A stretch of 64,000 bases of DNA. Source: Verrucomicrobiota bacterium. GTDB lineage: Bacteria; Verrucomicrobiota; Kiritimatiellia; CAIQIC01; JAGNIJ01. Position numbers and translations under genes: made by a program. Below, in pieces: positions 9,714 through 18,504 of the stretch. The notes beneath the pieces were generated by a model that saw nothing but the letters and a program-made list of their open reading frames with translations, was not told where the DNA came from and searched no databases. The first letter of the stretch is position 1; each line of letters begins with the position of its first letter. The DNA lies in NCBI GenBank assembly GCA_022710725.1, contig JAKLGK010000006.1:257605-321604 (forward strand). Reading direction: 5' to 3'.

Positions 9714-11911
9714 ACGGCGTTCCCGCGAGTCGGCCCCGGCGGGCGGCGGCCTTCCTGCTCCGGCAGGCGCCTTTGCTGCTGGTCGGCGCCGTGATCCTGT
9801 GGGGCGCGTGCCGCATTCAAACCTATATCTGCGCCCAGGATCCCTCCACGTACATCGACCAGGCCCTGCGGTTACTGCGGGCGCCCTGGGGCTCGCCGGA
9901 GATGTGGCAGGCCCTCACCCGCTATTCGCCGCTGCACACCCTGGTGCTGGCCGGCAGCATCCGGTGCTTCGGCACCATGGCGCCCTACTGGGTGAACGTG
10001 TTCTTCGCGTGGGCTTTCCTGGCCTGCCTGTGGTGGTTCCTGGCGCGGCTCTGGCCGTCCGCGGGGGATCGCGCCCTGGCGCTGGCCGTCGCGGTGACCT
10101 GTCTGCTGGCCGGCCATGACGCGAATATCCAGTTTCTGGTGTATCCCTTCCGGGAGGCGTCGGCCTTCTTTTTCATCTTCCTGTCCTACGGGCTGCTGCT
10201 GAAGGGGGACGCGGAGGACCGGCGGAGTTTCAGCGCGCTGGCCGGCCTGGCGATGCTGCTCGGCGTGGCCGCCCGCGAGCCCTTTGTCATGGCCGTCCCG
10301 GGCCCGCTCCTCCTGGCCGTGACGGGCCGCGGCCGCCCCTGGGCGCGACGCCTGGCCCATGCCGGCCTGTTCCTGCTGCCGTTCCTGCTCGCCGGCGGCG
10401 CGTGGTTTACCGTCACGGCGATGACCGGGCAGGGCACGACCGCCCAGTTCAAGGACTGGGCCGAGCTGATGCAATCGCACGGCGCCGGAACCTTCGCGGC
10501 GCGCACGCTCGGCAACGTCCGGTACCTGGCCGGGGTCATTCTCGGCGAGATCGGGTGGTCGGGCGTCGCCCTGCTGGCGGCGGGGCTCTACCCGGGGCGT
10601 CGCGCCCGGATCGTCTACCTGCTGCTGGTCGTGCCGGCTCTTACGGTCGGCCTCTTTTACAGCACGTACAACATCTACATGCGCTACGTGATGTCCGTGC
10701 TGCTGTTCCTCGGGCCCTGGGCCGGGACCGGGCTGCTCAACCTGCTGGCGCTCGCGCGGTTCCTGGCCCGCGGGACGCGCCTGCGGCTGGCCTGGGCGCC
10801 GCTCGCGGGGAGCCTCCTGCTGCTGGGCTCCCTCGCGGTGCAACTGGCGAGCCTGCCGGCCAGCCCCTTCACGCGGCGGGAGGTCGGCGCGTTCCTCGGC
10901 CGGCTTTCAGGCCTGGGCACCGGAACCGTCTACTACGTGGAGCGGATGAACCGGGACATCTGGGCCGCGCTTCGCAATCATACCCACCTCGAAACCAGCC
11001 GCGCCCTCGATGTCCCCCGAAACCTGGAAGCCGGGCGGCCGATGGCGTTTCTGAAGCCGCTCAACGCCGCCAGCCGTGCCCGCGCCAAAGGACGCGAGGA
11101 CGGAGTTCGGATTGAGGAACTGCTTCTGCAATCGGGCGACCTGGTTCCGTGGCCGGGCGTGGTCGAGCCGTGGCGCCTGGGCCGGGGTGCATATGCCGTC
11201 CTGCAGGTCGTGCCGCGAAGCCGGACGTCGGTGAGCGAGCCGGTGGCCATCCCCGCCGGAACGGCCGGCGTCCTCTGGCTGAACTTCCGGGATGTCCGGC
11301 CGGAAGCCGTGAAGAAAATCCGCCTGCTCGGACCCGATGGCCGTGAACGCCTGGCCACGGAGATGATGGGGCAGGGCTTGCAGCCGGTGTGGTGGCCCGG
11401 CGATCCGGCCGAGGAAACCAATCTGGTTCTCGAGACGGCCTCGTCGGCGCCGCTGCCCGCGCGGGTGTACACCGGATTCCAGCCTGCGGCGGAGGCCCGT
11501 GAGTTTCCCCTGGACGCCCGGCGCCTGCTTTCGGCGACGCGGTGGTTCGAGCCGCCGTTCGGCCAGGCGCCGGCGCGCTTCAGCCCGGCCGTATTTTTTT
11601 CCGAGGGGGGCCGATTGCGGCTGCCCTGGCCGAACGATCCCCGCGCGGACCGGCTGCAACTGTCCCTCGAGGGCCGCGTGCCGCCCGACCGGGAAAAGAC
11701 GGGACAGCTCACCGTGCGGTCGGGTCCCCGGGAAGTGCCCTGCGAAGCGAACCGGGTGGGCTACCGCTCCTGGAACATTGACCTGACGATCGAGAGGGAG
11801 TCCGGCGCCCGCGAGGCCGTGCTGGAACTGTCTTACGAGCCGGTGAACACGAACAGGCCGCTCCATCTCACCGTGAGCCAGGCGGCCTTGCGCTACTTCG
11901 GCTCGGAATAG
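9710..11911 (+). CDS. Paralog A of a large GT-C-type membrane glycosyltransferase-like protein (ArnT/PMT-like polytopic N-terminal domain plus a ~400-aa C-terminal non-membrane domain).
   Basis: About ten predicted TM helices in the first ~330 aa and a conserved REP motif (AAREPFVMAV). The ATG overlaps the stop of the upstream GT1 gene (ATGA). It is paralogous to the proteins at 11893-14580 and 18505-20712. The C-terminal domain carries a VLWLNFRD motif shared with paralog C. Confidence 0.62.
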   Translation: MNGVPASRPRRAAAFLLRQAPLLLVGAVILWGACRIQTYICAQDPSTYIDQALRLLRAPWGSPEMWQALTRYSPLHTLVLAGSIRCFGTMAPYWVNVFFAWAFLACLWWFLARLWPSAGDRALALAVAVTCLLAGHDANIQFLVYPFREASAFFFIFLSYGLLLKGDAEDRRSFSALAGLAMLLGVAAREPFVMAVPGPLLLAVTGRGRPWARRLAHAGLFLLPFLLAGGAWFTVTAMTGQGTTAQFKDWAELMQSHGAGTFAARTLGNVRYLAGVILGEIGWSGVALLAAGLYPGRRARIVYLLLVVPALTVGLFYSTYNIYMRYVMSVLLFLGPWAGTGLLNLLALARFLARGTRLRLAWAPLAGSLLLLGSLAVQLASLPASPFTRREVGAFLGRLSGLGTGTVYYVERMNRDIWAALRNHTHLETSRALDVPRNLEAGRPMAFLKPLNAASRARAKGREDGVRIEELLLQSGDLVPWPGVVEPWRLGRGAYAVLQVVPRSRTSVSEPVAIPAGTAGVLWLNFRDVRPEAVKKIRLLGPDGRERLATEMMGQGLQPVWWPGDPAEETNLVLETASSAPLPARVYTGFQPAAEAREFPLDARRLLSATRWFEPPFGQAPARFSPAVFFSEGGRLRLPWPNDPRADRLQLSLEGRVPPDREKTGQLTVRSGPREVPCEANRVGYRSWNIDLTIERESGAREAVLELSYEPVNTNRPLHLTVSQAALRYFGSE

Positions 11912-14580
11912 AAGCCGACGCGGTCCACGGGAATGCCCAGTTGCCGGCTGTCGCCGACGCCCAGGAGTTCGTGCGGCGACCAGGTCGTACTGGACACGGT
12001 CAGCGTGTTGGTGCCCGGCTGCACCAGGGTCGCCGGGATGGCCGCCTCAACGCGGTTGGAATCCACCAGGTGGGCCGCCAGGTCCGTCCCGTTGAACGAC
12101 AGCGCGATCTCCGCCGGCGGCGCGTTGGTCGCGCGGATCTGCGGCTTGAAATCCACGCGCACGACCCGGTCCGTGCCGTCCGCCGCCAGCCAGAACGCCA
12201 GCACGCCCTTCCCGTCGGTCCATCGCATGGTGTCCTCCCCGCGGCCCTCGCGGGCATAGAAACCCGAGACGATGTGGGGGAAGTCCACGCCGCTGCCGAT
12301 ATCCACCGACCGGATGGCGGACAGATCATGGACGGTGATGCGATCCAGTTCCGGGGGGAAGGGCGGCTCGGGCGCGCCGGACATGACATCGAGCGTTTCC
12401 AGCCCGATGCGGCACACCTGGCCCTCGCGCGCGCCGGCGGGGATGCGCAGCACGCGGCGGTGAAAGATGTAGCTCCGCAGGATCCGCCGGGTCTCCGGCG
12501 GCTGGCCGTCGGGCGTAAAGCGCACGTCGACCGGCACCTCGAGGCTCTCCTTGGTCGTGGGGCGCACGCGGAGATAGAAGGATACCTGGATGAGATCGTT
12601 CGGGGGGTAGGGCATGGGCACGGCCACGGTCGCGCGGGCCGGCCAGTGCGGCTTGCGGCGCGTCTGGCCCTTGAGGATCGTGAAGCCCTCTTCCAGCACG
12701 GCGTCGTGCACCGTGTCGCCGCTGCTGGCGAAGCGCAGCACGAGCGGCTCGTCGCGCCGGACGAGTCCGGCCCCGAACGTGTTGGGAACCGGCTGGTCGG
12801 ATTCGAGCGTCAGGCGGTACGGAGGGGTAAAGGACGGCCAGTCCACTCGGTAGTATTGCGTGCCGTTGCCGACGCGCGGCGCGATGACCCGGCCGTTCAG
12901 GCTCAATCTCGCCCAACGGCGCGGCACGCCTTCCAGCCAGAGCGTCGCGCCGTTGAACAGGAGGATGTCGTCGGCGTCCGGGGCGGCCTCCAGCGTGAGG
13001 CTCGTCGCGGTATTGGTCCAGAGCGAAAGGCGCGAGAGCGCGAGGTCGCCCAGCCCGACGGCCGGCTGGAAGTGGTAGCGGTCCGCCGGGGCCCGGGCCA
13101 TGGTTTCCGTGTCGAACAGCTGCCGGACGATCCGGCCGAAGGGATCGTCCGTCGAATCCATGAGATACAGGGGATGCCCGGCGGCCAGCCGCTCTCGGAC
13201 ATGCTGATGAATTTCCACCTCCAGGTTCGTGGGATTCAGGATCGGAATCGCGTAGGCCTCGAGCCGGGTGAAGTAGGACACCAGCCCGCCGAGGCCGGGC
13301 GGGGTCAGGATGACGGCGTCCCGGGGCACGGCCTTTTCGATATCCGCTTTCAGCCGCCGCGCCTGCGGGATCTGGAACGGCGGCATCTCCGGCGGGCGCA
13401 GGAGCGGAATCACCGCGACCAGGACGAAGAGGGCCGCCAGGCTGCGGAGGGCCGGAAGGATCCATCGCTGCTTGCCGGCGGCGCACAGGAGGCGTTCCGC
13501 CAGGGCCAGCGCGCCGCAGGCGGCCAGGGGCACCGACCACAGCACGACGATGAAGAAGTACCGCTTCACGAAGACCCAGTAGAAGCAATAGAAGATGAAA
13601 TGGACCAGCGCGGCGGGCAGCAGCAGATCCCGCAGGAGGCTTCGTCGCCGCACAACGGCCAGGCCGATGCCATAGACCAGCCCGGCCGCGTACAGCCATC
13701 CGCCCCGCCACCAGAAATAGCGGAGGGCGTGGATGAGCGTGGGAACAAAGGCCCGAAGATGGAGTCCGGGCAGCAGGCGGCCCTCGACCACGGCCTGTGG
13801 CGGCACCACGGCATGCCCGGTGCGGAAGTACGATTGCAGCACCAGCGGCAGCACGCCCAGCGCCAGGAACGCGCCGAACAGGATCACCGAGCGGCCGAGC
13901 GGGATGGCGCGGTTCTTCCGCCACGCCGACAGGCCGTACCAGCCCATCACGGGGGCCATCAGCACCGCGGTCTCCCGGACGTCCGTGGCCAGGCCCAGCG
14001 CCAGCGCCGACAGCACCAGGGCGATCCAGGGCCGGCCGCCCCGGCCCAGGTAGGCGATCAGCAGAAGGACGGATGTCAGCAGCAGGACATGCGAGAGGGG
14101 ATCACGATAAGGATTGGTCAGGTAGACCAGGATTTCGGAATCGAAGTAAAGCAACCCGGCCGCGGCGGCGACGCCGGCGTACGCGGCCGCGCGCGCGTCC
14201 ATGCATTCCCGGGCCGCGAGGACGGTCAGCCGGGCGACCAGGAGCACGATCGCGACGAGCAGCGGCAGGTTCGAGACGAACACGTAGAATGGCCCGACCA
14301 GTCGAATCACGAAGCGGAGGAAGACCGGGTAGGCCAGGGGGAACCGCTGGAGGTGGTCGGTCGGGTGGAGGTTGTGGGCCAGCGTCAGCCAGTTCAGGGG
14401 ATCGGAGTACGGCTTCAGGTAGTAGTAGTTCCAGACGAACCACGCCAGGCCGGCGACCACGAAGGCGATCAGCGCGCCGGGCCGGGTAAGGGCGGACAGA
14501 ACGGCGGCGAGCCGCCGCGCGCCGGGCCCGGACAGGATCTTGTGGCGCCACGGATGGAGCATGCGCACCCGATGCCTCAC
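11893..14580 (-). CDS. Paralog B of the large GT-C-type membrane glycosyltransferase-like protein, convergent with paralog A.
   Basis: The same architecture as paralog A: a polytopic N-terminus (ARLTVLAAREC..., DVRETAVLMAPV) and a large C-terminal domain. A GTG start overlaps the stop of the upstream SGNH hydrolase gene (GTGA). Confidence 0.6.
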   Translation of the reverse strand: MRHRVRMLHPWRHKILSGPGARRLAAVLSALTRPGALIAFVVAGLAWFVWNYYYLKPYSDPLNWLTLAHNLHPTDHLQRFPLAYPVFLRFVIRLVGPFYVFVSNLPLLVAIVLLVARLTVLAARECMDARAAAYAGVAAAAGLLYFDSEILVYLTNPYRDPLSHVLLLTSVLLLIAYLGRGGRPWIALVLSALALGLATDVRETAVLMAPVMGWYGLSAWRKNRAIPLGRSVILFGAFLALGVLPLVLQSYFRTGHAVVPPQAVVEGRLLPGLHLRAFVPTLIHALRYFWWRGGWLYAAGLVYGIGLAVVRRRSLLRDLLLPAALVHFIFYCFYWVFVKRYFFIVVLWSVPLAACGALALAERLLCAAGKQRWILPALRSLAALFVLVAVIPLLRPPEMPPFQIPQARRLKADIEKAVPRDAVILTPPGLGGLVSYFTRLEAYAIPILNPTNLEVEIHQHVRERLAAGHPLYLMDSTDDPFGRIVRQLFDTETMARAPADRYHFQPAVGLGDLALSRLSLWTNTATSLTLEAAPDADDILLFNGATLWLEGVPRRWARLSLNGRVIAPRVGNGTQYYRVDWPSFTPPYRLTLESDQPVPNTFGAGLVRRDEPLVLRFASSGDTVHDAVLEEGFTILKGQTRRKPHWPARATVAVPMPYPPNDLIQVSFYLRVRPTTKESLEVPVDVRFTPDGQPPETRRILRSYIFHRRVLRIPAGAREGQVCRIGLETLDVMSGAPEPPFPPELDRITVHDLSAIRSVDIGSGVDFPHIVSGFYAREGRGEDTMRWTDGKGVLAFWLAADGTDRVVRVDFKPQIRATNAPPAEIALSFNGTDLAAHLVDSNRVEAAIPATLVQPGTNTLTVSSTTWSPHELLGVGDSRQLGIPVDRVGFYSEPK

Positions 14581-15656
14581 TCCACGGGCGCCTGCGGCTC
14601 GACCTCCGAGCGGGCGCTCTCGGGCTTGGCCATGCGCTCGTACATGGCTTCCCAGTACTTGTTGAGCTGCAGGGCCTCGTTGCGGGGGATGTAGGCGGCG
14701 TCGACCAGGCCCTCGTTGAGCAGGTAGTGGAAAATCGCCTCGGCGGCGATCCGGTGCGCAATCTCGCTCGGATGCCCGTCCGCGCCGGGCAGGGTTTCCA
14801 TCCGGGTCGGCGAACGGCCCCGGAGCGAATCCAGCAGGTCCAGATAGCGGATGTTCTCGGACTGGAGGTGGGCGATGATCTTGTCGTGTGCGAACTGGAA
14901 GGGGTAGGGGGTCCGGTCCACGAAGGACAGGCAGGGCCAGATCACCACGAGGAATTCAACCTGCTGGTCGCGGCAGGCCTTGTGGAAGTCGCGCGCGGCG
15001 TCCTGGAACAGCTTCCAGCCGCTGTAGTCGTCGTCGTACAGCCGTTCGTAGTAGCGATGGAAGCCCCGCCCGCTCTTCACGTCGCCGATCTTCTTGTTGA
15101 ACCACGCCAGGGCCCGCGAGCGGCGGATGAGCGGGGCCAGCCAGCCGGTGGGCACGGGGGGCATCATCTCCGTCCGCCAGGCGCGCAGTTCCTTGTAGTT
15201 GTTGAAATTTTCCGTGTCGTTCAGGTACATGGCCAGGATCACGAGGCGCGGCCGCGTCGCCAGGGCCTCGTCCAGGAACCCGCGCTGCATGTAGGTCGAG
15301 GTCCCGCCCTTGGCGAAGACGTCCACGGCGGCCGGCGTGGCGTCCTTCTTGAGGTTGAGCAGTCGCTCCAGCCGCATGCCGAAGGTGTCGTCCGGCTGCA
15401 CGCCCTGGCCGGTCGTGAACGAGTCGCCCACGATGGCGACGCGGAGCACGTGGTTGGTGTCCCGCACCCAGGGATGGATCCGTTCGGCGTCGGAAGCGAA
15501 GTAGAACCGGCTGCGGTCGAAGAGCGGGGTCTGCTTGATGGACTCCGGCATCGGGCCGCGCAGGCGCAGCGCGAGTTCCAGCGCCGCGAGCGCGCAGAAC
15601 AGTACAAACAGCATGAGGACGACGCGCAGGATGATGGATTTGACGATGGGCTTCAT
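14577..15656 (-). CDS. SGNH/GDSL-family hydrolase with an N-terminal membrane anchor (copy 1 of a tandem pair).
   Basis: GDS block VAIVGDSFTTGQG and catalytic DxxH block ADGHPSEIAHRIAAE. There is one N-terminal TM helix and a Pro/Glu-rich C-terminal tail. The start was chosen at MKPIVKSI. Confidence 0.72.
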   Translation of the reverse strand: MKPIVKSIILRVVLMLFVLFCALAALELALRLRGPMPESIKQTPLFDRSRFYFASDAERIHPWVRDTNHVLRVAIVGDSFTTGQGVQPDDTFGMRLERLLNLKKDATPAAVDVFAKGGTSTYMQRGFLDEALATRPRLVILAMYLNDTENFNNYKELRAWRTEMMPPVPTGWLAPLIRRSRALAWFNKKIGDVKSGRGFHRYYERLYDDDYSGWKLFQDAARDFHKACRDQQVEFLVVIWPCLSFVDRTPYPFQFAHDKIIAHLQSENIRYLDLLDSLRGRSPTRMETLPGADGHPSEIAHRIAAEAIFHYLLNEGLVDAAYIPRNEALQLNKYWEAMYERMAKPESARSEVEPQAPVE

Positions 15657-15706
15657 ATTTTCTTGATTACATCCGATTGTAAGGGCGGGGGCGGCGCGCC
15701 GCAACG

Positions 15707-16789
15707 TCATTCCGGGGTCAGGGGGGCGGGCTCGGCAACCGGCTCGCCGTGTCCGGCCAGCCTGTCCGCCTCGTCCTGCTTGACCGCGGTCACATCGTTC
15801 ATGAAGGCCGACAGGATGCGCCACTGCTCCTCCGGAGACCGGCTGGCGATTGCCGGCAGGTATTCGGGATAGATCAGCTTTTCGGCCAGCAGGTACTTCA
15901 GGATCGCCTCCGCGGCGATGCGGTGCCCGATCTCGTTCGGGTGGGCATCCACCCGCGGGATGGCTTGCAGCCGTTCCGACGGCAGCCCCTTGTAGACGGG
16001 GAGCAAATCCAGATACGGTATTCCGGCGGCATCGAGTTCCTCGTGGACCTGCTCATGGATCCAGTCGAACGGATAATCATCGATGTGGCTAAGGAGCGGA
16101 AAGACCACGGCCACCATCTTGATGTTGTTCCGGCGCGTGGTCTCGGAGAAATCCTTGAGCGCCTTGGTGAAAAGCTTCCAGCCGCCGTACTCCTTGTCGA
16201 ACAGCTTGCGGTTCATTTCCAGGTAGCCGCGGCGGGCGCGGGCATCCTCCAGTTTCTGGTATACAAGCGTGGCCAGGCGCGACCAGCCCAGCGAACGAGC
16301 GAACCAGCGGGAGGGTTGATGGGGCAGGGCATCCATGCGCCATCGCGTCAGTTCCTCCTTGCGCCGGGGGTCCTCGGTATCGTTCAGGCAGATGCCGAGG
16401 ATCAGCAGTTCCGGCTTCCATGCGACGGCTTCCTCCAGGAATTTCAACTCGCCGAAGGTGCACATGCCGCCCCGCGCCCAGACACGGACCTCGGCGGGCC
16501 GTTGACCGTCGTTGAGGTTCAGGAGGCGCTCGAGCCGCGCCCCGTAGGCATCCTGGGGCTGGCTTCCGGCGCCCACGGTGATGGAGTCGCCCAGCACGGC
16601 GATGCGCAGCGCGTTCGTCGCGCCGCGGCTCCACGGGTGCATCCTGGTCTCGCCGTCGTAAAAGGAAACGGGGGGGCGATCATGACGCAGTTGCTGGTCG
16701 GGCGCCACGCGGTAGTAGGCGCGCAGGCCCAGTTCGCAGAAGGCCAAGATCATCAATAACAGAATTCCCGAGAACACGATCTTTTTCAC
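15707..16789 (-). CDS. SGNH/GDSL-family hydrolase with an N-terminal membrane anchor (copy 2, paralog of 14577-15656).
   Basis: IAVLGDSITVGAGS and VDAHPNEIGHRIAAE motifs. The protein is collinear with the neighbouring paralog over its whole length. Confidence 0.72.
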   Translation of the reverse strand: MKKIVFSGILLLMILAFCELGLRAYYRVAPDQQLRHDRPPVSFYDGETRMHPWSRGATNALRIAVLGDSITVGAGSQPQDAYGARLERLLNLNDGQRPAEVRVWARGGMCTFGELKFLEEAVAWKPELLILGICLNDTEDPRRKEELTRWRMDALPHQPSRWFARSLGWSRLATLVYQKLEDARARRGYLEMNRKLFDKEYGGWKLFTKALKDFSETTRRNNIKMVAVVFPLLSHIDDYPFDWIHEQVHEELDAAGIPYLDLLPVYKGLPSERLQAIPRVDAHPNEIGHRIAAEAILKYLLAEKLIYPEYLPAIASRSPEEQWRILSAFMNDVTAVKQDEADRLAGHGEPVAEPAPLTPE

Positions 16790-16968
16790 GCTGGTCCGTC
16801 CGGTGTGAGCATGGGGCGATTTTGTAGCGCGTCGGCGGGCATTTCACAAGAGCGAACACCCGCAACCTTGCCGATACTTCTGATGAGTCTGCGCCGGCCC
16901 GGTCCACGGATGGGCTGGAACCTCTTATGTATCCTGTAGATGAAAAGCGGAGGCCGGTCAGCATCGCC

Positions 16969-16996
16969 ATGCTCACACTTCTAGAAGTGTGAGCAT
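16969..16996. repeat. 28-bp perfect palindrome ATGCTCACACTTCTAGAAGTGTGAGCAT (copy 1 of 2).
   Basis: Read directly from the sequence. Its reverse complement is identical. It lies in a 556-bp non-coding gap upstream of the SGNH hydrolase operon. Confidence 0.9.
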
Positions 16997-17073
16997 CAGT
17001 CCGGATAGGCAATTATGAGAACTGCGTCACAAGAATTTGCATTACAGCATATAGTGTCGATTTATATTAGCAT

Positions 17074-17093
17074 CACACTTCTAGAAGTGTGAG
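17074..17093. repeat. 20-bp perfect palindrome TCACACTTCTAGAAGTGTGA (copy 2), sharing a 23-bp identical core with copy 1.
   Basis: Read directly from the sequence. It is about 100 bp from copy 1, and the intervening segment is unusually AT-rich for this genome. Confidence 0.9.
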
Positions 17094-17345
17094 CACAAGT
17101 TTACTGACGTTTTTTTACAGGAACGATCCTCACTGGAGACCGAGCCGTGCCATCGCCGCCTGTTTCCATCCCAAAAGGAGGCCGGTCGGCATAGGCGCGA
17201 TGCGTTGGCGGCATGCCCTGTCGGATGCCGGTCCGTGACGACGTCAACGTTCCCGACGATTCCCCGACCAGTATTGGCGATCGGATCCGCGGGTGAATGC
17301 CGGGGCCGGGACTCCCGTGGGCGGCCGCCGGTCGCGACGCGCGGC

Positions 17346-18503
17346 TTAGGTCGCTTTCCCGCCGGCGAGATCCTGGAACACGGTCTCGTACCGCGCCGAA
17401 ATGACCTCCCACGAGAACTGGTCGCGCGCCCGCTGCCGGCCGGCTTCGCCCAGGCGCCGGCGCTCGGTGTCGTTCCGGAGAAGAGCCGCCACCGCAGCCC
17501 GCATGGCCTCGGCATCATCCGGCTCCACCAACCGGCCCGTGACACCGTCCTCCACGGCCTCCAGGATTCCGCCGACACGCGTGGCGACGGACGGCAACCC
17601 CGCCAGGGCCGCCTCGAGGAACACGATCCCGAAGCCCTCCACGTCTCCCGGGATGTCCCGGGCCGGCAGTGCGAAGACCCTTGCCTCACGGTACAGGGCC
17701 GCCACTTCCTCGTCGCGGAGCCGGCCGGCGAGATGCACGTGGCGGGCCAGCCCCAGCTCCTGCACGCGCCGCGCGATCAGGTCGCGCCTCCGCTCATGGT
17801 GCACAAGGGAATGATGAGCGTCGTCCCCGACCACGACGTACAACACGTCGGAAAATTCCCGGACCAGCGGGGGCATCACCTGCTCCACGAACTCGAGGAC
17901 CCCCTTGCGCCGGATGAGCCGACCGACGGTCATCAGCACGCGGCGCCCGGCCACGAGGTCCGACAATTCTTTCGGCAGCGGCGGCGGGGAGACGTCGGCG
18001 GGCGGCACGAGGACGCCAGGCGGAACGACAACGATCCGCTCCGGCCGCTGCCCGGCCGCGATCAGCAGGTCGCGCGTCCGCCCGCTGTTCGCGCACAGCC
18101 GGTCGGCCCGGCCGAACAGCCAGCGGACGGCGCGGGTGTACAACCATCCGGGGTAGAGGATGTCGCTGCCGTGCGCCAGCACGACCAGCGGCCGGCGGAA
18201 CAGCCGCGAGAGCATCCATCCCGCCGGCGCGGACACGACGCTCGAGCATGCGATCACGTCCGGCCGTTCCCCGCGGCAGAGCGAAAAACCCCGGGCAAGG
18301 GAAAACAAGACATAGGCTTTCAGACCCGGCCGCGCCGCGCGCCAGGTGTCCGGTTCCGGCGGTGCGTCCTTCGCATGGGCCGTGACCACGCGGACGGCGT
18401 GGCCCCTCGCCCGCAATCCGCGGACGAGATGTTCGGCGACGTACTCGATCCCGCCCGTGACCGGCGGGTAGTTCCAGGTGAGCATCAGGATGCGCAGGCC
18501 CAT
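17346..18503 (-). CDS. Family 1 (GT4-type) glycosyltransferase.
   Basis: N-terminus MGLRILMLTWNYPPVTGGIEYV and C-terminal GFGIVFLEAALAGLPSVAT...E motifs typical of GT4. Its start abuts the stop of the upstream GT-C gene. Confidence 0.8.
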   Translation of the reverse strand: MGLRILMLTWNYPPVTGGIEYVAEHLVRGLRARGHAVRVVTAHAKDAPPEPDTWRAARPGLKAYVLFSLARGFSLCRGERPDVIACSSVVSAPAGWMLSRLFRRPLVVLAHGSDILYPGWLYTRAVRWLFGRADRLCANSGRTRDLLIAAGQRPERIVVVPPGVLVPPADVSPPPLPKELSDLVAGRRVLMTVGRLIRRKGVLEFVEQVMPPLVREFSDVLYVVVGDDAHHSLVHHERRRDLIARRVQELGLARHVHLAGRLRDEEVAALYREARVFALPARDIPGDVEGFGIVFLEAALAGLPSVATRVGGILEAVEDGVTGRLVEPDDAEAMRAAVAALLRNDTERRRLGEAGRQRARDQFSWEVISARYETVFQDLAGGKAT

Positions 18504-18504
18504 G

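Noticed and set aside
11941-14694. 917-aa plus-strand ORF and a 532-aa minus-strand ORF overlapping GT-C paralog B.
   Set aside because: Antisense or alternate-frame artefacts. The products are dominated by R, G, E, D and Q runs with no hydrophobic helices, whereas the chosen frame gives a coherent polytopic membrane protein paralogous to two others.
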